A DNA stretch of 12,298 bases from Nanobdellota archaeon (GCA_034722435.1 JAYENX010000034.1:1-12298), one strand, 5' to 3'; shown: positions 1 to 6,996, counted from the first letter of the stretch. The notes: a model not told the origin generated them from the letters alone. A program made the numbers and translations.

Positions 1-586
1 ATGTATCATAAATAAAATAATCAATTAAATTCTGAACAGCATCATTATTAGTAACTGAAACACTGAACTCAGCCACACTACCATTCTCAACAGTATCAGA
101 AGTTGCAGTCTTTGTAATTGTAACATTGACTACAGAGGCATTAATCTCCTGATTTGCAAAATCAAAATCTATTTCAGCTTCAGTACTGTTCTCCAACGTA
201 ACATTGTTTGTCGTATTACCAACAGCTTTTGTTGTAAAATTAATATATATTAAAAATGATTGCGAAGTATTCAAATCAAAGAACCAACCTATCTCGTTTG
301 TAGTCATATTATAATCAGTATAATTAGGACTCACATCAGCACCATCATCAAGAAAATCAAAATACGTATCATCATATTCATCCCACACACTATAACCAGT
401 TACATTGACATCCCCAATATTTGTAACATTAATAAAAAATTCAGCAACAGTTTGATTCTCTACAGAAGGAGTTAAAGATGTTTTTGTTACAACAACATCC
501 TCCGCAGCTAATACTGCAAAACTAAAAATTGTTAATAAGAATACTAATAATATTGATACAAATAATTGATTTCCCCTTTTTGTCAT
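1..586 (-). CDS. Secreted/surface protein with tandem DUF11-like (conserved repeat domain) modules; 5' part only, runs off the window start
   Basis: Not in the ORF track; hand translation from ATG 586 gives 195 open codons: MTKRGNQLFVSILLVFLLTIFSFAVLAAEDVVVTKTSLTPSVENQTVAEFLLMLQNIGDVNVTGYSVWDEYD...VTITKTATSDTVENGSVAEFSVSVTNNDAVQNLIDYFIYDT. Signal peptide ending VLA-A; two V.KT...V...F.....N.G...v.D repeats typical of DUF11; GGAGG RBS at 595-599. Confidence 0.8.
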   Translation of the reverse strand, partial: MTKRGNQLFVSILLVFLLTIFSFAVLAAEDVVVTKTSLTPSVENQTVAEFFINVTNIGDVNVTGYSVWDEYDDTYFDFLDDGADVSPNYTDYNMTTNEIGWFFDLNTSQSFLIYINFTTKAVGNTTNNVTLENSTEAEIDFDFANQEINASVVNVTITKTATSDTVENGSVAEFSVSVTNNDAVQNLIDYFIYDT

Positions 587-594
587 GATGATCG

Positions 595-599
595 CCTCC
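595..599 (-). promoter_or_regulatory. Shine-Dalgarno site (GGAGG) of the DUF11-like gene
   Basis: GGAGG on the minus strand 8 nt upstream of ATG 586. Confidence 0.75.
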
Positions 600-627
600 G
601 TTAATGGCAACATTTAAAAAAAACCCC

Positions 628-635
628 TATATAAA
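628..635. promoter_or_regulatory. Archaeal TATA box in the divergent intergenic region (TATATAAA on +, TTTATATA on -)
   Basis: Best TATA-like element in the 77-bp gap between divergent genes; 41 nt from ATG 586 (-) and 28 nt from ATG 664 (+). Confidence 0.55.
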
Positions 636-663
636 TATTTCCATTTAAATCACAAAAAATAAA

Positions 664-1020
664 ATGAAAAACAAAAAACCCACCTATGCAATCATCGGCG
701 CATCTAACAATCCCGATAAATATGGTTACAAAATTCTTAAACATCTTAAAGAAAAAGGATACAATGTAATCCCTATAAATCTTAAAGAAAAAGAAATCCT
801 CGAGTTAAAAGTTTATCCAAAACTTTCAAAAGTAAAAGAAAAAATAGACACAGTAATTTTTGTTGTCCCATCTTCAATTACAGAAACAGTTCTAGAAGAT
901 GTTAAAGAACTAAAAATAAAAAAAGTATGGATGCAACCAGGATCAGAATCAAAAAAAGCAATCGAATTCTGCAAAAAACACAAAATAGAATGTATTTACA
1001 ATGCATGTATAATGACTTAA
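664..1020 (+). CDS. CoA-binding domain protein (YccU/COG1832-like Rossmann fold)
   Basis: Family motifs AIIGASNNPDKYGY, GYNVIPIN, IDTVIFVVP, VWMQPG, NACIM. Confidence 0.92.
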   Translation: MKNKKPTYAIIGASNNPDKYGYKILKHLKEKGYNVIPINLKEKEILELKVYPKLSKVKEKIDTVIFVVPSSITETVLEDVKELKIKKVWMQPGSESKKAIEFCKKHKIECIYNACIMT

Positions 1021-1064
1021 CAAGGTTGTAACCCCTTAACAGATACAACAAATAAGGAAATCTT

Positions 1065-1072
1065 TTTATATA
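1065..1072 (+). promoter_or_regulatory. TATA box (TTTATATA) with purine-rich BRE-like AAGGAAA upstream; probable leaderless promoter of the 318-aa gene
   Basis: TTTATATA ends 20 nt before ATG 1093; no RBS in front of the ATG. Confidence 0.6.
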
Positions 1073-1092
1073 ACCCCAATTAAAATAATTCT

Positions 1093-2049
1093 ATGAAACT
1101 AAAAAATATAGCTAATACTTTATTACTAACATCAGCTTTAGCTATACTTCCTCAGGCACAAGCAGCATTAAACATCTGTCAGCCACAATGCTACGAAGAT
1201 TCAATTGATCAAAAAATCGAATCCGTTAAATTCAATACAAAAAAAGGAAGATATGAAATAATTGCAGAAGTAAATGGTAAAAAAATATCCGAAGGGTTCT
1301 ATTATTACGAGCAAGCACTGGTCAAAGCAGGAATCGAAAATGAACAAGAACGAAATATATATCTTGAACAGATGCACAAAAAAACCATTCCAATTATCGC
1401 AAAACAAAAATTCAAAAATTCTATGACTAAACTACATTCATGGAACGGAATTAAAAAACTTGAAAGCGTTCTTGGAAAAGAAGATACTAAAAATATTTTA
1501 CCATACATAATAACTGAATCAGGAGGAGATTTAAAAATTAAAAGAACCCGTGGACACTGTTACGGAATACTACAAGTTAAATACCCCGTATATATTGACA
1601 CAATAAACTACTTTAAAAGAAATCCTAAATTAAGATCCGCCAAAAAAATAAAAAAGATAAAATGGAAAGATCTGAAAAAAAGATTAGTGGCACCACAATC
1701 AAGAATATTTCTAGGATATCAAAACAGAATCGATGAAATGTATCAGATATACACTAAAGGCAGAATGAAACAATCAGATAAACAACGTTTCAGAGACCTT
1801 GGTTGGAACCTAGGCCCTGTTGTTGTTGGAAAAACAGTTAAAGAAATACACGGTCCAAATATTAGCTATAACGAAACCAAATTCAAAATTGTCTCACCAA
1901 ATAACCTAAAACAATATTCCTCATACAAAAAGTTTTCAGATAATGAACTAATGCAAAAAAAAGCAATTTCATTAGCTTATCCAGAATTCTGCAAACAATA
2001 CAGAATTCTTCTTGAAACAATTCCTAAACAAATCGCAAAAGCTGATTAG
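1093..2049 (+). CDS. Secreted lysozyme-like protein, putative soluble lytic transglycosylase (SLT-like domain)
   Basis: Sec-type signal peptide MKLKNIANTLLLTSALAILPQAQA-A; SLT-like motifs in correct order: IITES (E142), YGILQV (158-161, cf. GLMQ), GWNLGP (237-242, cf. AYNAGP); C-terminal AYPEFCKQY loosely resembles the ET.nYv..V helix. The ORF is certain; the family call rests on motif recognition only. Confidence 0.7.
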   Translation: MKLKNIANTLLLTSALAILPQAQAALNICQPQCYEDSIDQKIESVKFNTKKGRYEIIAEVNGKKISEGFYYYEQALVKAGIENEQERNIYLEQMHKKTIPIIAKQKFKNSMTKLHSWNGIKKLESVLGKEDTKNILPYIITESGGDLKIKRTRGHCYGILQVKYPVYIDTINYFKRNPKLRSAKKIKKIKWKDLKKRLVAPQSRIFLGYQNRIDEMYQIYTKGRMKQSDKQRFRDLGWNLGPVVVGKTVKEIHGPNISYNETKFKIVSPNNLKQYSSYKKFSDNELMQKKAISLAYPEFCKQYRILLETIPKQIAKAD

Positions 2050-4496
2050 AAAAATTTACTTAACTTACTCTGATTCTTATCTTCTAAAAGTTCTTTAATA
2101 TTATACCCTAAAACATCAAAAATTCTATCCACTGCAGGAATAACCTGATTATTAATGTAATAATCTGAATCATAACCATTTTCAATAATTTCTTCAGGTA
2201 ACTTAACCCTCTCACGTACAATACCCTTACCTGGAGTAACCACAAACCGAACAAAAGTTCCAGGTCTAACATCTAAACCTTGGTCCCGCATCCTCATTGC
2301 AGCTGCGACATGTGGACCTATAGATTCATAATCAGCAATATCTTTCTGTAACTGTGTTGAAATAACCACATCTTCAACATCAATCACTTTATTCTTCAAC
2401 TCAGCTATAACATTTTTCACATAATTAAAAGCCTTGTTAGTATCATCTTCATTCAAAACAATATCAAGAACTTTTTGTTGCACTTGCTTAGCAACCTTAC
2501 TCCAGTTCCTCCTTACAGCTTCAAACCCGCGTATCTTCATAACTCCCCGTTCATCCATTAAAGCATACTTTTTCTTTGCACCTGTTGCACTCAATTTTGC
2601 AGAAACAAATATACCTGAAGGGTAAAACCCTTCAAACTCAAGCTCCATCAAATCTGGAAGCTTTTCATTAATCCCTCTTGCAAACTCTTTACTCTCCTCT
2701 TTGGTCTTATCGCCAAGTGTTAAAAAAACACTATCCGTATCAGAATAAATCACACCAAACCCTGCTTCATCAGATTTAGCAATTACATCCTTAATATAAA
2801 AACGTGCATAAGCAGTCGTACTTCTTGCAGAATCTGAAGAATACCATCTTGCACCATAAAATCCCAAATATCCATAAAAAGAATTACTCAACAACTTCAA
2901 AGCTTGTGACCGAGCTTTAAGCAGAGTAACTTTCAAAGGATCTTCAACTTTTTTAATCATCTCTTTAACCCTTAACCTTCTCGTAATTATACTTTCTAAT
3001 ATGGTAGGTATGAAACCACGCTTATTCTTACAGAACCATATCTTTGCACCCTCTAAAGGAACTAAATTTGATTCACAACATTTACAATTAATATTCTCAG
3101 GACCAATATTATGCGAAACAATTATACTAGGGTAAAGACTTCTAAAATCGTAAACAACAATATCTCTATACAATCCAGGTTTAGGCTGAAAAACAAAAGC
3201 TCCTTTAAATCTTGAAGCCCTCCTTTCTTTAACCTCTGAATATGAAGGATTGTTAGGAGCAAGCTCATTATACTCAGGCGCTTGCTTAAGTATAAACCAT
3301 TCAACCATTTGACTAAAACCCATCCCGTTAATATCAAAAGGAGTCAAACCTATCAACTTAATAAATTCTTCAATGTTCGGCATCAAACGTTCACAAAGCA
3401 TATATGTCAGACGAGAATCTTGTAAATTATATGCTGCAAAATCCCTTAACTCGTTTGAAACTGAATCCCATGCAGGTGCAAGATTTTCCATATTAACACT
3501 ATGCTTTTTCTCTCCAAGTAACTCATGCGCAACATCATCTAATTTATAAGTAGCAGTATCAAGAACCTGCCTTAAAGCACGCCGTATAAACCTACAAATA
3601 TCCAAATGTACCATACCAGTTATCCTAGCACTACTAACAGTACCTTTGCGTATTTTTACTAAAGAACCGTCCCAGCCAAAATCCAGAGGAATTTTATATT
3701 TCTCAGCACGCACCGCTATGTAAGGAAAATCAAAACCATCTGAAAAATATCCAGTAAGAATATCTGGTTTATACTGTTCAACTAAATCTTTAAACCTCTG
3801 AAGCATCTCAGCTTCGCTCTTAAGAACTTCAACATAATCCAAATCATTCTCAAACTGTTTCCATGTTAATACTTTCTTAAAATCTAAACCATAAAGACTA
3901 ATCATAACTATCGGATGTACATCAGGCAAAACAGATTTCCCGTTAGGATTATAAGTTTCAATATCAAAAGCAAGTATTTTCAAATCTTTACAAGTATTAT
4001 TATTTACATGTTCAATCTTATCAATCTTCAAAGTAATAACTTTAAAACCTTGATTTGAAACTAAACCTTCAGCCTCAGTCAAAGTCATAGGCGTCACACC
4101 TTTATCTATAAGATATCTCCGCACAAAAGGAATATCAAACTCATGAACCGATTTCACAGATTCTAAAGAACAAATATCTTTTGCAATAAGCGGAACTTGC
4201 CAAGGAAGTTGTACAAAAACTTTCAAAGCCTTAACATCTTTACCTAAAAACTTTTTATTAAATTCCTCAACCCTTACAACTTTAGCAACACCGTTTTTAT
4301 GTTCAACAGTAACTTTAGATATAACTTTAGAAGCATTCTCACAATCATCAACAATTACCCAAAAATAAGGTTCAAAACCTTCATCAATCATACAAACATG
4401 TTCACCATCTACAGCTCTACCAAAAACATGAACTACCGGTTTATCATTCAAAATCTTATATTTTATATCTAAAGGATAAAACTGAATCTTTGTCAT
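2046..4496 (-). CDS. polB: Family B DNA polymerase (archaeal PolB3 type), 816 aa, no intein
   Basis: ExoI AFDIETY (D178, E180), ExoII GYFSDGFD (D256), ExoIII YNLQD; Pol A YDFRSLYPS, Pol B KLLSNSFYGY, Pol C YSDTDS (D586, D588); KKKYA and IRGFEAVRRNWS motifs; N-terminal EFDIPFVRRYLID; C-terminal PIP box QSKLSKFF. Confidence 0.98.
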   Translation of the reverse strand: MTKIQFYPLDIKYKILNDKPVVHVFGRAVDGEHVCMIDEGFEPYFWVIVDDCENASKVISKVTVEHKNGVAKVVRVEEFNKKFLGKDVKALKVFVQLPWQVPLIAKDICSLESVKSVHEFDIPFVRRYLIDKGVTPMTLTEAEGLVSNQGFKVITLKIDKIEHVNNNTCKDLKILAFDIETYNPNGKSVLPDVHPIVMISLYGLDFKKVLTWKQFENDLDYVEVLKSEAEMLQRFKDLVEQYKPDILTGYFSDGFDFPYIAVRAEKYKIPLDFGWDGSLVKIRKGTVSSARITGMVHLDICRFIRRALRQVLDTATYKLDDVAHELLGEKKHSVNMENLAPAWDSVSNELRDFAAYNLQDSRLTYMLCERLMPNIEEFIKLIGLTPFDINGMGFSQMVEWFILKQAPEYNELAPNNPSYSEVKERRASRFKGAFVFQPKPGLYRDIVVYDFRSLYPSIIVSHNIGPENINCKCCESNLVPLEGAKIWFCKNKRGFIPTILESIITRRLRVKEMIKKVEDPLKVTLLKARSQALKLLSNSFYGYLGFYGARWYSSDSARSTTAYARFYIKDVIAKSDEAGFGVIYSDTDSVFLTLGDKTKEESKEFARGINEKLPDLMELEFEGFYPSGIFVSAKLSATGAKKKYALMDERGVMKIRGFEAVRRNWSKVAKQVQQKVLDIVLNEDDTNKAFNYVKNVIAELKNKVIDVEDVVISTQLQKDIADYESIGPHVAAAMRMRDQGLDVRPGTFVRFVVTPGKGIVRERVKLPEEIIENGYDSDYYINNQVIPAVDRIFDVLGYNIKELLEDKNQSKLSKFF

Positions 4497-4519
4497 AGTA
4501 TAATAGAATTTAGAAGCGG

Positions 4520-4527
4520 TATATAAA
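4520..4527 (-). promoter_or_regulatory. TATA box (TTTATATA) of polB, preceded by AAAAC
   Basis: 23 nt upstream of ATG 4496, inside the 45-bp gap after the PAC2 stop. Confidence 0.65.
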
Positions 4528-4541
4528 GTTTTATCATCTAA

Positions 4542-5336
4542 CTATCCAATATAATTACTATCCTTGCCAAGCCTTCGAATTTTATTCATTACAGAACGTT
4601 TTGTTGCTTCGTTAATATCATCAGTTCGTTTCAACATAGCCTGTTCAACCTCTTTAATCTCTTTCTCAAGCTGATTAAGATCAAGATCAAGTTCTAATTT
4701 ACTGTCAAGAATCTTTAATATCTGTTTCGCGCCTTTAATCCCTAAATATATAGGATGTCCAAAAGTTTCCGCTAACAAAGTAACTGCATCAATCTCTCTT
4801 TTCTTTGCAAGACCCAACAACAAACCCGATACACCCACGATCGGACCTACAACTCCATAAAGATTATCTTGTACATTAGAATCTGATTTATATTTTTTAA
4901 TTACGTCTTTACTATTACCGGTGCAATAAACTTTTGGTTTCTTAGGAATACTTTGAAGCCCTATCCCTCCCAATGTAACAAGTTCTTTCCCTCCAAATTG
5001 TTGAACCACGTCAAGAATAGTATCTGAAAATTTATAAGAACTTACTTCATCAATAGGCTGAACATCTCCCGCCAATAAAAGAAGATCGCGTTTACCCGCA
5101 CCCATCTTTTTATAATACATTTCAATCACTGGAAGCTCGATAAGATTATCTTCATTCACAAAAACAGAATGAGGAAACGTATAACTGAAAAGGTCATAAA
5201 TTTTTTTTGCTTTAAGATGGTCTATAATAAAATCAACAGCAACTTTACCAACATTACCTATACCCGGCAAACCCTCGATTAAGATAGGATCGTTAAGCTT
5301 TGGCAACCTCTTTACACTCTGACTCAATTCCCACAT
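4542..5336 (-). CDS. PAC2 family protein (proteasome assembly chaperone-like, COG2047 type)
   Basis: PILIEGLPGIGNVGKVAVD, LLLLAGDVQP, LVTLGG, IVGVSGLLLG, LLAETFG motifs; C-terminal YIG; usual position downstream of nop10. Confidence 0.93.
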   Translation of the reverse strand: MWELSQSVKRLPKLNDPILIEGLPGIGNVGKVAVDFIIDHLKAKKIYDLFSYTFPHSVFVNEDNLIELPVIEMYYKKMGAGKRDLLLLAGDVQPIDEVSSYKFSDTILDVVQQFGGKELVTLGGIGLQSIPKKPKVYCTGNSKDVIKKYKSDSNVQDNLYGVVGPIVGVSGLLLGLAKKREIDAVTLLAETFGHPIYLGIKGAKQILKILDSKLELDLDLNQLEKEIKEVEQAMLKRTDDINEATKRSVMNKIRRLGKDSNYIG

Positions 5337-5358
5337 ACTTTGTATAAAATAAACATCG

Positions 5359-5366
5359 TTTAAATA
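5359..5366 (-). promoter_or_regulatory. TATA-like box (TATTTAAA) upstream of the PAC2 gene
   Basis: 22 nt upstream of ATG 5336. Confidence 0.45.
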
Positions 5367-5448
5367 ATTTTTGAATATTAGAATACAATGTTTGAATTAT
5401 ACCATATAGAACATATAGCAAGCTTAATAAAAATCCTCATTACAAATT

Positions 5449-5454
5449 AAAAAA
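5449..5454 (-). terminator. Oligo-T tract, candidate archaeal intrinsic terminator of the rpl44e-nop10 transcript
   Basis: CCGGTTTTTT on the minus strand about 18 nt after the nop10 stop. Confidence 0.35.
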
Positions 5455-5472
5455 CCGGAAACTATTCAAAGA

Positions 5473-5652
5473 TTAAATCAAATCTTTCTTTTCTAAATCT
5501 TCAGTTCTTGCTTTTCTTCTATACTCACCATACGGATCTTCAGGAGAAAATTTAGGAGGTTTCACTTGCACAGTTATAACATCACAATCAGAACATTTAT
5601 CTTTCATTGTATACTTGCCACACTTAGGACACTTAAGAATATGTTTTGCCAT
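5473..5652 (-). CDS. nop10: H/ACA RNP component Nop10 (59 aa)
   Basis: MAKHILKCPKCGKYTMKDKCSDCDVIT...PPKFSPEDPYGEYRR: Zn-ribbon Cys pairs plus the P.FSPED.YG.YRR signature. ATG 5652 preferred over the TTG 5658 of the track, which overlaps the aIF2-alpha stop. Confidence 0.95.
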   Translation of the reverse strand: MAKHILKCPKCGKYTMKDKCSDCDVITVQVKPPKFSPEDPYGEYRRKARTEDLEKKDLI

Positions 5653-5654
5653 CT

Positions 5655-6446
5655 TCAAGCCTTTGCTTTAGTTCTTACAAAATGAACTTCTGCATCATTC
5701 TTTTCAGCATTAGAAGTTGCAGTATCTATAATAGCGTCCATAAATTTCTCAGCTTCTTTATATTCAGAACCTTTTATTATTATTTTAAATTTTCCGGCAC
5801 CAAGATACCTTATCTCAGAATCTGGACCTCCTTTCTCTGCTGCTTTAACTAAAGCATCTTTAACAATAGAAACTCCATCAAATGCATGACTTATTATAGA
5901 AATCTCGCCCGACACTTCAACTTCAGGAGGTTTTACTCTTTGCTTTACAATTTCACCAAGTTTTAAAGTAAACTCTTTATCCATACCTAATTCTTTAAGA
6001 TCAAATTCTTCCATTACATATCCAAAAAAAACATCATGTAAAGAATCAAATCTAGGAAAAACTGCTGAAGAAATTTTCTGATAAGTTGACTTTACATCTT
6101 TCTTAAACTCTTTACATACAAATTCAATAATTTTCTCAGCTTTTTGCTCTTGCTTGATAAACTCATTCTTTGCCCGTCTCTGAGATTCATTCACTCTTCT
6201 TAATGATAAATCTATATGACCTCTATCCTCATGAATCTTCAAAAGTTTACAAACAACTTTTTTACCTTCTGCAACATAATCTCTTATGTTCCGTATTCTA
6301 CCAGGAGCAACCTCCGAAATATGAATCATACCACTCATACCAGGATACTCATCAAGGTTTGCAAAAATAGAATGATGATAAATTTTAGTAACTGTGCAAA
6401 GTAAAATTTCACCTTCTCTAGGTTTACCTTGCCGCTTATATAACAT
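5655..6446 (-). CDS. eif2a: Translation initiation factor aIF2 subunit alpha
   Basis: N-terminal S1 domain with P.EGE...CTV..I, GMIHISEVAPGRIRNIRD, GHIDLSLRRV; C-terminal IRYLGAGKF; GAGGT RBS at 6457-6461. Confidence 0.97.
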   Translation of the reverse strand: MLYKRQGKPREGEILLCTVTKIYHHSIFANLDEYPGMSGMIHISEVAPGRIRNIRDYVAEGKKVVCKLLKIHEDRGHIDLSLRRVNESQRRAKNEFIKQEQKAEKIIEFVCKEFKKDVKSTYQKISSAVFPRFDSLHDVFFGYVMEEFDLKELGMDKEFTLKLGEIVKQRVKPPEVEVSGEISIISHAFDGVSIVKDALVKAAEKGGPDSEIRYLGAGKFKIIIKGSEYKEAEKFMDAIIDTATSNAEKNDAEVHFVRTKAKA

Positions 6447-6626
6447 TTATTCAAGTACCTCAAGAACTCTCGCTTTAATCTTAACCTTACCACCGGTTGG
6501 ATTAGCCAAGATTTTACCACATACAAGACACTTTACATCTGTTGAAGCCTTACCAAATGTAATCTGTTCATTCTTACATTTAGGACATCTGATTTTAACA
6601 TATTTACTTGTAGTATCTTTCGCCAT
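6447..6626 (-). CDS. rps27e: 30S ribosomal protein S27e (59 aa)
   Basis: Not in the ORF track; hand translation MAKDTTSKYVKIRCPKCKNEQITFGKASTDVKCLVCGKILANPTGGKVKIKARVLEVLE with CxxC..CxxC and PTGGK signature; GGAGGGG RBS at 6637-6643; stop abuts the aIF2-alpha ATG (TAAATG). Confidence 0.97.
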   Translation of the reverse strand: MAKDTTSKYVKIRCPKCKNEQITFGKASTDVKCLVCGKILANPTGGKVKIKARVLEVLE

Positions 6627-6636
6627 TTTAATTATA

Positions 6637-6643
6637 CCCCTCC
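6637..6643 (-). promoter_or_regulatory. Shine-Dalgarno site (GGAGGGG) of rps27e
   Basis: 10 nt upstream of ATG 6626, just after the rpl44e stop. Confidence 0.7.
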
Positions 6644-6647
6644 AAAT

Positions 6648-6962
6648 TTACTTAAGTTCAAGCTTTTTAGCTCTAAAAGTTTTTCTAGGAACTGAAGCTC
6701 TTTTACAAACAGAACATGTATAACGCAGGTCAAGATGTTTTGATGTTTTTTTACCAGTCATCTTAAAATCTTTAATAGCCGGTCTCGAACCATACCTACC
6801 GAGATTACCATGACCTTTACCAAAACCTGTTCTGAATTTTGCACCCTTTCCACCAGGGTTCGCAGTATTAGGACCTCTACGTTTTGATTGTGCCACTTTA
6901 TGCTCTGTATGTTTTTTACAGTATTTGCATAATTTTTTGACTGTTTTAGGAAGTTTTACCAT
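6648..6962 (-). CDS. rpl44e: 50S ribosomal protein L44e (eL42)
   Basis: PK....CKYCKKHTEHKV, K..K..DLRYTCSVCK, FRAKKLEL motifs; position upstream of rps27e. Confidence 0.96.
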   Translation of the reverse strand: MVKLPKTVKKLCKYCKKHTEHKVAQSKRRGPNTANPGGKGAKFRTGFGKGHGNLGRYGSRPAIKDFKMTGKKTSKHLDLRYTCSVCKRASVPRKTFRAKKLELK

Positions 6963-6985
6963 AGGATAACGAGAAAAAATTAGTG

Positions 6986-6993
6986 TTTATAAA
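6986..6993 (-). promoter_or_regulatory. TATA box (TTTATAAA) of the rpl44e operon, preceded by AAAACC
   Basis: 23 nt upstream of ATG 6962. Confidence 0.65.
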
Positions 6994-6996
6994 GGT

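Noticed and set aside
260-475. 71-aa + strand ORF
   Set aside because: Antisense shadow of the DUF11-like gene; Ile-rich composition is what reverse-strand reading of T-ending codons produces.
1021-1040. Short palindrome GGTT-GT-AACC after the CoA-binding gene
   Set aside because: Only a 4-bp stem with a 2-nt loop; not credible as a terminator.
2046-4496. Inactivated or intein-containing PolB, or a PolB of viral/casposon origin
   Set aside because: 816 aa with all catalytic Asp residues and no insertion at motifs A-C; no TPR insertions of protein-primed PolB, no Cas1, integrase or terminal repeats; housekeeping context.
5378-5440. 20-codon minus-strand ORF MRIFIKLAICSIWYNSNIVF between nop10 and PAC2, with a CATATAG direct repeat (5403-5409, 5412-5418)
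   Set aside because: No RBS or suitably spaced TATA box; length and repeat are expected by chance in AT-rich DNA.
6270-6340. aIF2-alpha has Ala at the position of eukaryotic Ser51 (ISEVAPGRIR)
   Set aside because: Ala or other residues at this position are common in archaeal aIF2-alpha; not unusual.
6394-6723. 109-aa + strand ORF and the other short track ORFs (1201, 1305, 2434, 3122, 5646, 6170, 6216, 6335, 8295, 9450, 9799, 11638)
   Set aside because: All lie antisense to, or out of frame within, well-supported genes (6394-6723 is the shadow of rps27e/rpl44e); none has a recognisable motif or RBS.
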